From Candidatus Peregrinibacteria bacterium (GTDB lineage Bacteria; Patescibacteriota; Gracilibacteria; UBA1369): a DNA stretch of 64,000 nucleotides. The DNA lies in contig OY970195.1 of the NCBI GenBank assembly GCA_963708185.1, positions 1,056,001 through 1,120,000 on the forward strand, read 5' to 3'. The notes below the pieces were generated by a model that had not been told where the DNA came from, did not search any database, and worked only from the letters and a program-made list of their open reading frames with translations. Positions 48,041 through 57,756 of the stretch are shown here, piece after piece; the stretch's first letter is position 1, and each line of letters begins with the position of its first letter. A program made the translations under genes and the position numbers.

Positions 48041-49357
48041 ATGAAGAATACCATTGCCATTTTGGGAGGAGGAGCCGCGGGCATGATGGCCGCGATTGCC
48101 GCCGCCGAAGGATTACGCGGAGGACGCGTGCTGCTTTTTGAGAAAAACAAATATCTTGGGGCCAAGGTACTCATCAGCGGCGGCGGCCGGTGCAATGTGA
48201 CCACGGGCATTTTTGACGTGCGCAAGCTTATGGAAAACTATCCCCGCGGCGCAAAATTTTTGATGTCGGCGATGTTCCGTTTTCCTCCGGAAAAAGTGAA
48301 AGAGTGGTTCGAATCGCACGGCGTTCCGCTAAAAACCGAAAAGGATTTACGTATTTTTCCGGTTTCGGATGATGGAAAAGACGTGGTCGGTACGCTGGAA
48401 AATGAGCTGCGAAAACTTGAGGTGGAAATTATGACTGACGCGAATGTGGTTGATGTGCGAAAAAAAGACGATGACAGTAAGCAGGCTGGACATGGAGCGG
48501 GCCCCGCAGAAAACCCTTTGCCACGTTCAAAATTTTTATTGACGCTCAAGGACGGACGCACCTTTGAAGCCGACGTTGTGATCATCACCACCGGAGGCAA
48601 CGCCTACCGCCACACCGGTTCCACAGGTGACGGCTACGCTTTCGCCAAGCATTTCGGGCACACCATCACTCCGCTGTCGCCTTCACTGAACTCGTTCATG
48701 GTGAGTGAACAGTGGATCACGAAACTGGCGGGCGTTTCTTTTGAAAAAGCGGGACTCACACTGGAAAATCACGATCGAAGCCGCACCTATACCCGCCGGG
48801 GGCCGATCGTTTTCACCCATCACGGGGTAAGCGGACCGGCCGCTTTCGCGCTTTCGGCAGCGGCTTCGTATGAACAGTACGACCGCAATAAACCGATGGA
48901 TCTTTTTCTGGATTTTTTCCCCGACGAAAGTTCCGATCATCTGCAAAAACGCTTCATGGATCTGGCGGATAAAAGCGGGAAAAAGTTTCTGGTGAATTTC
49001 CTGGACATGTTTTTGCCGCGTTCGCTTTGTTCCGTATTCGTGGAAATTTCCAAAACTGACCCTGAACTTTTTACGAGCAAACTCGGCCGTGATGCACGCG
49101 AAAAAATTCTCGGTCTTATGAAAAAACTGCGTGTCACCGTGGTTGGACGCGGCGCGGGGGACGAGTTTGTTACGGCCGGCGGCGTGGCTCTGGATGAGGT
49201 CAATACGAACACCATGGAATCGAAAAAACAGCCCGGCCTGTATTTTGCCGGAGAGATTCTGGACATTGACGGTTTTACCGGAGGTTTCAATCTCCAGGCT
49301 TCCTGGGCCACTGGAAAATTAGCCGGAGAACACGCGGCGAAGTCTTTCTTGTTGTAG
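48041..49357 (+). CDS. HI0933/BaiN/YhiN-family flavoprotein
   Basis: GGGAAGMMAA, KVLISGGGRCNVT, TGSTGDGY, FTHHGVSGP, VTAGGV and GEILDIDGFTGGFNLQ motifs. Confidence 0.93.
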   Translation: MKNTIAILGGGAAGMMAAIAAAEGLRGGRVLLFEKNKYLGAKVLISGGGRCNVTTGIFDVRKLMENYPRGAKFLMSAMFRFPPEKVKEWFESHGVPLKTEKDLRIFPVSDDGKDVVGTLENELRKLEVEIMTDANVVDVRKKDDDSKQAGHGAGPAENPLPRSKFLLTLKDGRTFEADVVIITTGGNAYRHTGSTGDGYAFAKHFGHTITPLSPSLNSFMVSEQWITKLAGVSFEKAGLTLENHDRSRTYTRRGPIVFTHHGVSGPAAFALSAAASYEQYDRNKPMDLFLDFFPDESSDHLQKRFMDLADKSGKKFLVNFLDMFLPRSLCSVFVEISKTDPELFTSKLGRDAREKILGLMKKLRVTVVGRGAGDEFVTAGGVALDEVNTNTMESKKQPGLYFAGEILDIDGFTGGFNLQASWATGKLAGEHAAKSFLL

Positions 49358-49440
49358 GTTTCAGCTGATTTTAAGAGCGAGGCCCGACGCATACGGATTG
49401 AACCGAATGCGCCGAGCCAGCTGGCTTCACGAAAGAAAAA

Positions 49441-49489
49441 AGTAAGGAAAGCCTTCGGGGGGGCCGGAACCGGTCCGACCCCCCGAAGT
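49441..49489 (-). terminator. Probable terminator of the 49519-50280 gene
   Basis: Long CTTCGGGG...CCCCGAAG stem with a T-rich tail on the minus strand. Confidence 0.6.
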
Positions 49490-49518
49490 TGATGCACACT
49501 CCACGCGAACCGCCCCGG

Positions 49519-50280
49519 TCAGGCGCGGGCGCGAGTGGGCTTGCTGCCCTCGAGCACCGGCGGCATCACGTTCTGGATGGTCGCCATGTACTCGGTGGCC
49601 GTCTCGACGACATCGCGCGGAACGTTCGTCGTCGGATGGGCCTCCTCGGTCCTCAGCCCCTTCACGACCGGAGTGATCGTGGCGGGATTGAGCTTGCCCT
49701 GGGTCTTGATGGCCGTGGGCAGGATCGCGGCGATGACGTTGTTGTCCGGCGAACCGAAGTTGCCGACCTGACGGAGAGCGACCTGGGCGAGCGACTGCTT
49801 GTTGTTGTCGCCGAAGTCCACCTCCGTGGTGACCATCGCGTTGAAGATCGAGGCGACGCCCTGGCTCGTGATGATCGGGTCGATGTCCTTCCCTCCGAAA
49901 ATCTGCTTCTGCCCCTTCGTCAGCGCGACGTGATCGGCGTTGGCGAGACATGCGTTGAGGAAGATCCCCCACGCCCGTCCCGCCGGCTCGAGGAACATCG
50001 CCGTCGAGGCGATGTAGCGCTCGGCCTGCTGAACACGCTCACGCACGTCGTCCTTGATCTTGCCGACGGTGTCGTCCAGGGCCTTGGTGATGGTCGGGCC
50101 GAGGATCTCCTCCGTGAGGCCGAGCGTGCGGATCATGGCGATCGCACCCGGGTTCTCGAGGAAGAAGTTGCGGTTCTCCTTGATCGCGGTCTCGATGGTG
50201 AGGGCGATGAGGATCTCCGGACGGACGTTGACGACGATGTGGGTGGGCTTGAGCTTGTGGTAGTTATGGGTAGTCTGCAT
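49519..50280 (-). CDS. Hypothetical protein with strongly G/C-ending codons
   Basis: 253-aa frame from MQTTHNYHK. Third codon positions are almost all G/C, which also leaves the antisense frame open. Confidence 0.7.
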   Translation of the reverse strand: MQTTHNYHKLKPTHIVVNVRPEILIALTIETAIKENRNFFLENPGAIAMIRTLGLTEEILGPTITKALDDTVGKIKDDVRERVQQAERYIASTAMFLEPAGRAWGIFLNACLANADHVALTKGQKQIFGGKDIDPIITSQGVASIFNAMVTTEVDFGDNNKQSLAQVALRQVGNFGSPDNNVIAAILPTAIKTQGKLNPATITPVVKGLRTEEAHPTTNVPRDVVETATEYMATIQNVMPPVLEGSKPTRARA

Positions 50281-50649
50281 TTTTTTGTACCGTATCCTTG
50301 TTGGAAACTCCCACGGGAAATCCGTGGAGGTGATTTCGGAAACCATTTCCGAGAGCACCTGAAAAAGATGAAGTCGCCGTTTTTGCGGCGGGGCGGGCTT
50401 CATCCCTTGCTGGTACCATCGGAAACTTCCGTAACGGTAGTGTGTTTTGCTTTGTCCTCCCGGCGCTGTACCTTGCGGCATGGCACGGGAAACAAATCCC
50501 AAATACTTTTTCTTCTGCATGTGAAAGATCAGCTTGCGGGTTTTCTTTATTCAAAAAAAACACGCGAGTGATATTCAACCGAAATCTGCAAACTTAGTCA
50601 ACCCGAAGTTCTTGCTGAATTCCTGTTTTGTTGAATTTTAAGCTGTTTT

Positions 50650-51873
50650 TTAGACCTTTTTTAGGTTTTTGAGGTACTCGGCGAGAGCGGCGAGGGCATC
50701 CTTGAGTTCTTCAGGCTTGGCACCGAAGGACGCGCGCACGTAGCCGGGTTTGCCGAACGCCGATCCGGGGACCATAGCCACGTTGGCTTCTTCCAGAACG
50801 TGTTCGCAGAATTTGACGTCATCATAGAATTCGCGGTCAAAGGCGCGCAGCGGGACGAAGCTGTAGAACGCGGAGTGAGGCGCCTTCAGACCCGCTCCGG
50901 GAAAAAGATCGTTGAAGGTGTCGGTAAAAACATCTCGGCGGTGTTTCATTTCCTTGTTGATTTCCGGAGTGATTGTTGAGGCTTTATCCAGCGCAGCGAT
51001 GGCCGCCCACTGACTGATGATGCTGGTCCCCGTGATGCTCTGCCCCTGGATCTTGATGAGCGTTTTGGTGATCTCCTCCGGGGCGAAAACGAAGCCAACG
51101 CGCCAGCCGGTCATGCCGAAGTTCTTGGAACAGCTCTGGACGACGATAACGTGGTCCGCGTGATCCCAGAACGATCCGCAGGAAACGTATGTTTTGTTGT
51201 CGTACGTAAGACCGCTGTAGACCTCGTCGGACATGACGAAGATGTTTTTGTCGCGGCAGACATCAAGGATTTTTTTGAGCTCCTGTTCGGTGTAGAGCAC
51301 GCCCGTGGGATTGGACCCGTTATTGATGATGAGCATTTTGGTTTTGGCGGTGCAGGCCGCGGCGATTTGCTCGGGCCGGACCTTCCAGGCGTTTTCGCTT
51401 AAAACGCCATCCGCCCTTAGGGTTGAGGCGTCTTTTTCTTCGGTCTGGACGATAACCGGCCGTCCCCCAAAAAGCGAAACCATCGGCGGATAGGAAACCC
51501 AGTACGGCGCGATGACGATGACTTCGTCACCTTCGTTTAAAAGGGCCTGCAGCAGCAGATAGATGCCGAACTTGCCACCGCAGCTCACCAGGGTGTTTTT
51601 GATGGCGTAGTTAGTCTTATACAGCTCGTTCGTCCAGAGCGAGGCTTTATCGCGCAGCTCCTCGACGCCGGCGACCGGAGGATAGAGCGTACGACCCTGG
51701 TCTATGGCCAGGTCAACCTCCTGCTTCATGTAGTGCGCGGTGTTCATGATGGGTTCGCCAGCGGACAGGTTGAAAACGCGCTGGCCGGATTTCTTCTTTT
51801 CCTGGGCGATGGAATTGATCGTGACCGTCGCTGACGGCGGAATGTGGACCCGAGAGGAAAAAATGTCTTTCAT
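50650..51873 (-). CDS. Aspartate/aromatic (prephenate) aminotransferase, class I
   Basis: NLSAGEP, GGKFGIY, APYWVSY, SNPTG, SDEVY, SCSKNFGMTGWRVG and VPGSAFG motifs; last gene of the aro operon. Confidence 0.9.
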   Translation of the reverse strand: MKDIFSSRVHIPPSATVTINSIAQEKKKSGQRVFNLSAGEPIMNTAHYMKQEVDLAIDQGRTLYPPVAGVEELRDKASLWTNELYKTNYAIKNTLVSCGGKFGIYLLLQALLNEGDEVIVIAPYWVSYPPMVSLFGGRPVIVQTEEKDASTLRADGVLSENAWKVRPEQIAAACTAKTKMLIINNGSNPTGVLYTEQELKKILDVCRDKNIFVMSDEVYSGLTYDNKTYVSCGSFWDHADHVIVVQSCSKNFGMTGWRVGFVFAPEEITKTLIKIQGQSITGTSIISQWAAIAALDKASTITPEINKEMKHRRDVFTDTFNDLFPGAGLKAPHSAFYSFVPLRAFDREFYDDVKFCEHVLEEANVAMVPGSAFGKPGYVRASFGAKPEELKDALAALAEYLKNLKKV

Positions 51874-51915
51874 GAAGGTCTTGAAAAGTTCACGCACACT
51901 TTAGCATGGGTTTTG

Positions 51916-52209
51916 TTATTTTTGGATGCTTTTTGACTCTTCCATGACGAGGTCAAAAATTTTGCGAAGAGTTTTGTAGGTGATGCCATGTTTTTTGGCG
52001 AGCGCCTGGTGAAATTTTTTGAGTTCTTTTTCGCGTTTAGGGTCTTTTATTTTGATGTTTTCGCGTTTTTTTATGGTACCGATTTTTCGCGAAACGGCCA
52101 TGCGCAGCGCTACGCTTCGTATGATCGATGCGTCGAGCCGGTCTATGGCGGCGCGGAGTTCAATGATGTTTTTATCGGCCTGTTTTTGAGGTTTTTTTGA
52201 TGATGTCAT
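51916..52209 (-). CDS. Chorismate mutase (AroQ class)
   Basis: LRAAIDRLD...R..VSRKIG.IK...IKDPKRE...IF..VMEESK pattern. Confidence 0.9.
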   Translation of the reverse strand: MTSSKKPQKQADKNIIELRAAIDRLDASIIRSVALRMAVSRKIGTIKKRENIKIKDPKREKELKKFHQALAKKHGITYKTLRKIFDLVMEESKSIQK

Positions 52210-52954
52210 GATCAAGTTTTTGTAAGGATCTGAGAAAAATTTGGCGAGTTTTTTTTGTGTAAGGGTTGGCGCTTTGCATGTCGTAAAAAAGTTCCCATGT
52301 GTCGTTGTGAACCATCTCGTTCATGCGAAGCAGCGTCTGGTAATCCGGTGTTGAAATGGCTTGCGTATGCAATTTGATGTCGGCAAGAGCGCGACCGATG
52401 AAGTGTACGAGCGCCTGGGAGCGGGCCATCTGGCGGTCGTGCTGTTCAGGCGTGGCATGGATGATCTTGAGATGAAGTTCTTTGAGAATTTTTTCAAAAT
52501 TCCGGAGCTGGGTTTTACTTGAATGAACATCGCAGACAACTATTTTTTGGTTTTTGAGACCGAAACGTTTGACGGAATCGGGGCCGAACAGCGGATGGGT
52601 GGCAATGACCGGTTGTCCTTTGGGAAGCAGTTTTTCCATGGCCCTTACTGGTGCTGCTTTCACTGAGCAGGCGTCGATGACCACCGTTTCAGGAGGCAGA
52701 AGAGTAGCGATTTTTTTACAGATGTTGTCGATCCGGGAAATGGGAACGAGCAGAAAAACAAGATCGGATCTGGCGACTTCCGGGAGTGAAACAAATCGTA
52801 TTTTTTTTGAGGCAGACGAATTTCCGGATGAAATCTTATCAAAAACTTTTACCTCTCCGAGCGGTTTGAGGCAGCTCGCCCAGAGTTTTCCAAAACGTCC
52901 GTATCCGATGATGCCGAAGGTTGGTTTTGCCGATTTTGCGGCCCTTTTCTTCAT
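52172..52954 (-). CDS. tyrA: Prephenate/arogenate dehydrogenase
   Basis: GIIGYGRFG, DACSVK, THPLFGP and EQHDRQMARSQALVH motifs. Confidence 0.92.
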   Translation of the reverse strand: MKKRAAKSAKPTFGIIGYGRFGKLWASCLKPLGEVKVFDKISSGNSSASKKIRFVSLPEVARSDLVFLLVPISRIDNICKKIATLLPPETVVIDACSVKAAPVRAMEKLLPKGQPVIATHPLFGPDSVKRFGLKNQKIVVCDVHSSKTQLRNFEKILKELHLKIIHATPEQHDRQMARSQALVHFIGRALADIKLHTQAISTPDYQTLLRMNEMVHNDTWELFYDMQSANPYTKKTRQIFLRSLQKLDHDIIKKTSKTGR

Positions 52955-53598
52955 TTTGTGACAACGATAAAAGTGGTGAGATTGGGATGATTGTCCTGGA
53001 TGCCTTTAGCCAGAAGTTTGAGTTTATAGAGCTGCGCGGAACGCGCCGGGGCGATGACGGCGGTGTCTTTTTTAAGTACGCCTTTGGCCAGATCACGGGC
53101 GGCTTTGGCCGTATCTTCCCATTCAATGAGCTGTGCATTCGGGAATTCGCGGCGGATGTATCGTTCGCACTGGGAGATGGCCTGCGGGTGGGTGGCAATT
53201 TTTTTGATCTGTTTTTTGGTGATGCCGGGTTTGACCATGAGGCACTGGTAGACTTCGAACCAGAGTTCGCCGGTGTATTTAAAAAGATGGTTCCCCATGG
53301 CTTCAAACGCCGTTTGCACAAGACCGCCGCGCGAGTTCACCACGGGAAAAATGCCGATGTCGGCCTGCCTGCGGTCGAGAGCCTTGAGCACGCCTTCCAT
53401 GTCGATGGAAAAAACGATTTTCGGTTTGATGCCGTTGCGCTGGGCGTACAACAGGCCGGCTTCTTCGCTGAACGATCCGGCGTCGCCGGAGACGGCGATG
53501 CGGAGTTGTTGCCTGACGGTAGTTCCACGGGCTGGTCGCCGTGATTTTTTAGAGGTCTTCAAGGCGTGCAGTTTTGTTAAGTAATACGTGATCAACAA
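52951..53598 (-). CDS. pheA: Prephenate dehydratase (catalytic domain only, no ACT domain)
   Basis: GDAGSFSEEA, PVVNSRGG, THPQAISQC, DTAKAA and IQDNHPNLTTF motifs. The true start is probably downstream of 53598. Confidence 0.88.
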   Translation of the reverse strand: MLITYYLTKLHALKTSKKSRRPARGTTVRQQLRIAVSGDAGSFSEEAGLLYAQRNGIKPKIVFSIDMEGVLKALDRRQADIGIFPVVNSRGGLVQTAFEAMGNHLFKYTGELWFEVYQCLMVKPGITKKQIKKIATHPQAISQCERYIRREFPNAQLIEWEDTAKAARDLAKGVLKKDTAVIAPARSAQLYKLKLLAKGIQDNHPNLTTFIVVTK

Positions 53599-54709
53599 GG
53601 ACGAGGGCGACCATGGCTTCTCCGATGGGGACGGCGCGGGGGGCGACGCAGGGGTCGTGGCGACCGTGGACTTCGATGGTGGCTTTACGTCCTTTTGTGT
53701 CCACGGTTTGCTGTTTTTGGGCGATGCTGGAGGCGGGTTTCAACGCGAATCTAAGGATGATGGGCTCGCCGTTGCTGATGCCGCCGACCATGCCGCCGGC
53801 GCGGTTGGTTGCGGTGCCTATGCGTTTTGAACTGTGCGAGCCGCGCGAGGATTTGACGAGCGCGGCGGATTTTGCGATCCACCGGTCGTTGTTCTGCGAA
53901 GCGCGCCGGGAGGCGACGGCGAAGCCGTCGCCGATCTCGAATCCTTTAACCGCGGGAATACTCATGATGCCTTGGGCGAGGTCGGCGGAGAGCTTGTGAA
54001 AGACCGGTTCGCCGAGGCCCGGTGGAACATTTTGGGCGATGATTTCCACGACGCCGCCGATTGAATCGAGGTCTTTGCGTGCGGTTTCGACCTCTTTGAT
54101 CATGGCCTTGAGGACTTTTGGGTCCGGGCAGCGGAGAGGGTTGGATTCGATGAATTTTTGATCAAATGTTTTGGAACGACCGCCGCCGAGAGCTGCGTGA
54201 ATGGCTTCTGCGTTGGTGATTTTTACCGTGCCGATCTGCGTGATGTAGCCGAAAATTTTGACGCCGGATTTGGCGAGGATTTTTTTGGCGATCGCACCGG
54301 CTGCCACGCGGGCAATGGTTTCCCGCGCGCTGGCTCTGCCACCGCCGCGCCAGTCACGGAAACCGTACTTGGCGTCGCAGGTAAAGTCCGCGTGGCCTGG
54401 CCTGTAGAGTTCTTTTATTTTCTCGTACGGCTTGGAAATGTGGTCTTTGTTATGGACCAGAATCGCGATGGGGGTTCCCGTGGTTTTGCCTTCAAACGTG
54501 CCGGATAAAATTTCGGCTTCGTCTTTTTCCTGGCGCGTGGTGGTGAGGTGACTCGTCCCGGGCCGGCGGCGGTCAAGTTCTTGCTGGATGTCTTTTTCGC
54601 TCAGGGCGAGTCCCGCAGGGCAGCCGTCAATGACCACGCCAATGGCTTTGCCGTGCGATTCGCCGAAAGTGGTGATTTTGAAGAGTTGTCCGAAAGAGTT
54701 TCCAGGCAT
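53549..54709 (-). CDS. aroC: Chorismate synthase
   Basis: TFGESHG, RRRPG, RPGHAD, GGGRASARET, GGISNG and GRHDPC motifs. Confidence 0.97.
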   Translation of the reverse strand: MPGNSFGQLFKITTFGESHGKAIGVVIDGCPAGLALSEKDIQQELDRRRPGTSHLTTTRQEKDEAEILSGTFEGKTTGTPIAILVHNKDHISKPYEKIKELYRPGHADFTCDAKYGFRDWRGGGRASARETIARVAAGAIAKKILAKSGVKIFGYITQIGTVKITNAEAIHAALGGGRSKTFDQKFIESNPLRCPDPKVLKAMIKEVETARKDLDSIGGVVEIIAQNVPPGLGEPVFHKLSADLAQGIMSIPAVKGFEIGDGFAVASRRASQNNDRWIAKSAALVKSSRGSHSSKRIGTATNRAGGMVGGISNGEPIILRFALKPASSIAQKQQTVDTKGRKATIEVHGRHDPCVAPRAVPIGEAMVALVLVDHVLLNKTARLEDL

Positions 54710-54723
54710 AGTTCCCGCGGAGG

Positions 54724-55851
54724 TTAGTTAATAAAAAATTCCAAAGCTTTTTTGACGATTTTTTTATCGACAGGATGGCCGAACATGCCTTTAGCATCGG
54801 TTTTCACTTTTCCTATGCGCTCGAGCAAAACATATTTTACTTTGCCGCTGCCGGATTTTTTATCCATCAGTGTCAGCCTCAAAATATCTTCAATCTTAAA
54901 ATTGCAAAGGTCTTTTTCCTTAATACCGAACTGTTTCATGCTCTCACGCACGGTGCGGAAATCTTTTTCGCTCAATACGCCGAGCAGTTGCGCAATCTTG
55001 CTTTCCACGAGAATGCCGAGCGCCACACTGTAGCCGTGGAGAAACCTGTAGTTACTCAGATGTTCGACGGCGTGGCCGATGGTGTGTCCCCAGTTGACGA
55101 CCATGCGCTCGTTGGCTTCGTGCTCGTCACGGACAACGACGCCGATTTTGAGTTCGATTGAACGCGCGATGATTTTTTGGAGCAATGTTTGTTTTTTTGC
55201 GAGAATGTTTTTCCAGTTTTTTCTGGTGAATTCGAACGAGGGTTTGTCGTAGGTGAGAAAAATTTTCACGGACTCCATAAGGCCGTTGACGAGCTGTTCA
55301 CGGGGGAGTTTCTTGAGACAATCGGTATCGGCGATCACGGCTCTGGGATGCCAGAAAGCGCCGACGAGATTTTTGCCGTACGGCGTGTCGACGCCGACTT
55401 TTCCGCCGATGGAACTGTCGACCATGGCAAGAAAAGAGGTGGGAATTTGGATGTAAGGAATTCCGCGCATGTAGGTCGCCGCGACGTAGCCCGCGGTGTC
55501 ACCGACGACGCCACCGCCGAGGGCCAGGATCATGGTGTCGCGGCCGCATTTTTTGGCGAGCATGGCGTGGGTGAGTTTGCGGTGCGTGTCTTCGTTCTTG
55601 TACTTTTCACCGGAAGGAAAAGTGATGAGATCGGCACGCAAACCGGCTTCGTGAAAACTTTCCAGGAGTTTGTTTCCGAACAGTTTTTTCAGGGATGCCC
55701 CGGTGATAATGACGTACCTCGACGCCGGTTTGCCGTTGGAAAACTTGAAACGGCTCACGGTTTTCGGAAGATTTTTGAGCAATCCCGGCCCCACGAATAT
55801 GCGATAGTGCTGCGCTTCCGGGCGTGGCAACATGATGTCGAGTGTTTTCAT
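54724..55851 (-). CDS. aroB: 3-dehydroquinate synthase
   Basis: GGGVVGD.AGYVAATYMRG, MVDSSIGGK, KNLVGAF, NWGHTIGHA and HGYSVALG motifs. Start at MKTLDI (55851). Confidence 0.95.
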   Translation of the reverse strand: MKTLDIMLPRPEAQHYRIFVGPGLLKNLPKTVSRFKFSNGKPASRYVIITGASLKKLFGNKLLESFHEAGLRADLITFPSGEKYKNEDTHRKLTHAMLAKKCGRDTMILALGGGVVGDTAGYVAATYMRGIPYIQIPTSFLAMVDSSIGGKVGVDTPYGKNLVGAFWHPRAVIADTDCLKKLPREQLVNGLMESVKIFLTYDKPSFEFTRKNWKNILAKKQTLLQKIIARSIELKIGVVVRDEHEANERMVVNWGHTIGHAVEHLSNYRFLHGYSVALGILVESKIAQLLGVLSEKDFRTVRESMKQFGIKEKDLCNFKIEDILRLTLMDKKSGSGKVKYVLLERIGKVKTDAKGMFGHPVDKKIVKKALEFFIN

Positions 55852-56884
55852 GACTGTGAGGCTATGGTGTGTAAGAGTTCTTCGGTCTGTTCCCAACTCA
55901 GGCACGGATCGGTAATGGAAAGTCCCTCCTTGTCCACGGTTTCGGCGGTAAGCTTTTCGGCCTTCTGGCAACCGCTTTTGAGGAAACTTTCGAACATGAA
56001 TCCTTTGACGAGTTTGCGAAGATCGGGATACAGCTTGAGGGCGGCCATGACTTCCTGCGCCACGTTGATCTGCTGGATGGGATCTTTGACCCCGTCGATC
56101 TTGCAGTTGTCGTGGCTGGCGTCGATGACGATGGCGGGGTTGCTTACCGCGGCTTTTTCCAGGTATTTTTTGGCGATCATAATGTCTTCCACGTGGTAGT
56201 TGGGACGGTCCAGGCCGCCGCGCAGAACCAGATGCGCGTGGGGGTTGCCGTGGGTTTCGACCTGGGCGCCGTGGAACACGGCGGTGTGGCCGTGCTGCGC
56301 GGCGATGATGCTGTTGACGCCGATTTCGAGCGATCCACTCGTGGGGTTTTTCATGCCCACGGGGCATTCGACGGCGGAAGCAAAGATACGGTGTTCCTGA
56401 TCTTCGGTGCTGCGGGCGCCGATGGCCACCCAGGAGAGTAGTTCAATGAACCCTTTGGCGTTGTGGGTGAAGACCGCTTCGTCGGCGATGGGCAGGCCCA
56501 TTTCGATGACCTTCACCATCATGCTGCGTGCGTAGCGGATACCTTCCCCGATGTCCGGCGGCGCGAAGGGATCGGGCTGGTTCACGGGCCCGTCCAGCCT
56601 TTGCTCGTGCGGGGTTTCTGAATGTAGACGCGCATGATGATCTTGAGTTTGTCGTGCAGTTTCTCTTCAAGTTTTTTGAGTTTTTCCGCGTATTTGAGCG
56701 TAGCATCGTACGGCCAGGCGGAACACGGTCCGACGATGACGAGCATACGGTCATCTTTTCCGCCAAGGATGTCTTTGACCTCCTGCTTGTCGCGGGCGAC
56801 TTTTTCGTAGGCTGTATCGGAAAGCGGGAATGCCTGGATGATCTCTTCGGTACTGGGAAGCTGTTTGACGGTCGTAAGGTTCAT
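55848..56884 (-). CDS. aroF: DAHP synthase, class I-alpha, split by an apparent 1-nt frameshift near 56586
   Basis: IVGPCS and RVYIQKPRTSKGWTG in one frame; NQPD, AIGARSTE.Q.HR, GMKNPTSG, LRGG, IDASHDN, ESFL and SITDPCL in the next. Confidence 0.9.
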
Positions 56885-56919
56885 TTTTTAAGAAGAAGAA
56901 TGAAGTAAGAATATTGATT

Positions 56920-57750
56920 TTACGCAGGGAGGTCGATCATTGATATGAATTCCGGGGCGATTTTTTCATATAAAGGAGCTTTTCCGAGCCATAATTCAAC
57001 CTGGGCGAGCGCCTGGGCGATGAGCATGACGACTCCGGAAACCGTTTTGGCGCCGACGGCTTTTGCGTCTTTGAGCAGCTGCGTTTCGAGCGGATTATAA
57101 ATGAAATCGAAAACGGCCTGGTCTTTATGGAAAAGATTTTTCGGGAAGGGCGATTCGTCCGCGTGCGGTTCCATGCCCACCGGTGTCGCGTTGACGATAA
57201 CGTCGATTCTGGCTTCGTGCAGATCTTTTTCGCTGACCGATTTTCCGCCGAACTCTTTCATCAGTTCCTTCGCTTTTTGTTCTGTGCGGTTGTGACATAA
57301 AATGTTTGCTCCTTGTTTTTGCAGGAACCAGCACAATGGTCTGGCCGCACCTCCCGCTCCAAGAACGAGAACGTTTTTTGACGCCAACGGGACTCCTTCC
57401 AGCGCATGTTCGATACCGACGACGTCGGTATTATACCCGTAGAGTTTCCCGTTCAGACTCACAACCGTGTTCACCGCGCCGATTTTTTTCGCGGCGTCGT
57501 CGATGATGTCTATGTGCTTCATGACTTCCTGTTTATGGGGCAGGGTGACGGCAAGAAGATGGATAGGGAGCGTGCGCATTATGCCGATCATTTCGCCGAT
57601 ATTTTCCTGCTGAAACGCCAGCAGAACGGCGTTGACGTTCATGGTTTTGTAGATGAGTTCATGGATCTGCGGGCTCCAGGTATGCGCCAACGGGAAGCCT
57701 GTGACGGCGTTGAGCTTCGTTTGCGAGTTGAGGTGGAACTGTTTATCCAT
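56920..57750 (-). CDS. aroE: Shikimate dehydrogenase
   Basis: G.PLAHTWSP..H, VTLPHK, GAVNT, NTD, GAGGAAR, NATPVG and YNPLET motifs. Confidence 0.95.
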   Translation of the reverse strand: MDKQFHLNSQTKLNAVTGFPLAHTWSPQIHELIYKTMNVNAVLLAFQQENIGEMIGIMRTLPIHLLAVTLPHKQEVMKHIDIIDDAAKKIGAVNTVVSLNGKLYGYNTDVVGIEHALEGVPLASKNVLVLGAGGAARPLCWFLQKQGANILCHNRTEQKAKELMKEFGGKSVSEKDLHEARIDVIVNATPVGMEPHADESPFPKNLFHKDQAVFDFIYNPLETQLLKDAKAVGAKTVSGVVMLIAQALAQVELWLGKAPLYEKIAPEFISMIDLPA

Positions 57751-57756
57751 GGCTTG

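Noticed and set aside
50340-50370. Glycine riboswitch-like fragment (TTTCAGGTG on the minus strand)
   Set aside because: The other conserved aptamer elements (GGAGA...CCGAAG) are not in the right arrangement, so it is kept only as an unassigned structured leader.
49489-50571. 360-aa plus-strand ORF
   Set aside because: Antisense shadow of the high-GC3 minus-strand gene, with the typical R/D/V/G-rich composition.
54724-56367. 547-aa AroB with a long Arg-rich N-terminus
   Set aside because: The extension is an alternative frame of the DAHP synthase gene; AroB starts at 55851.
56582-56590. TGA read-through or genetic code 25 in the split DAHP synthase
   Set aside because: The downstream half is in a different frame, and TGA ends genuine genes here (guaA, GH15, ybeY), so the code is standard.
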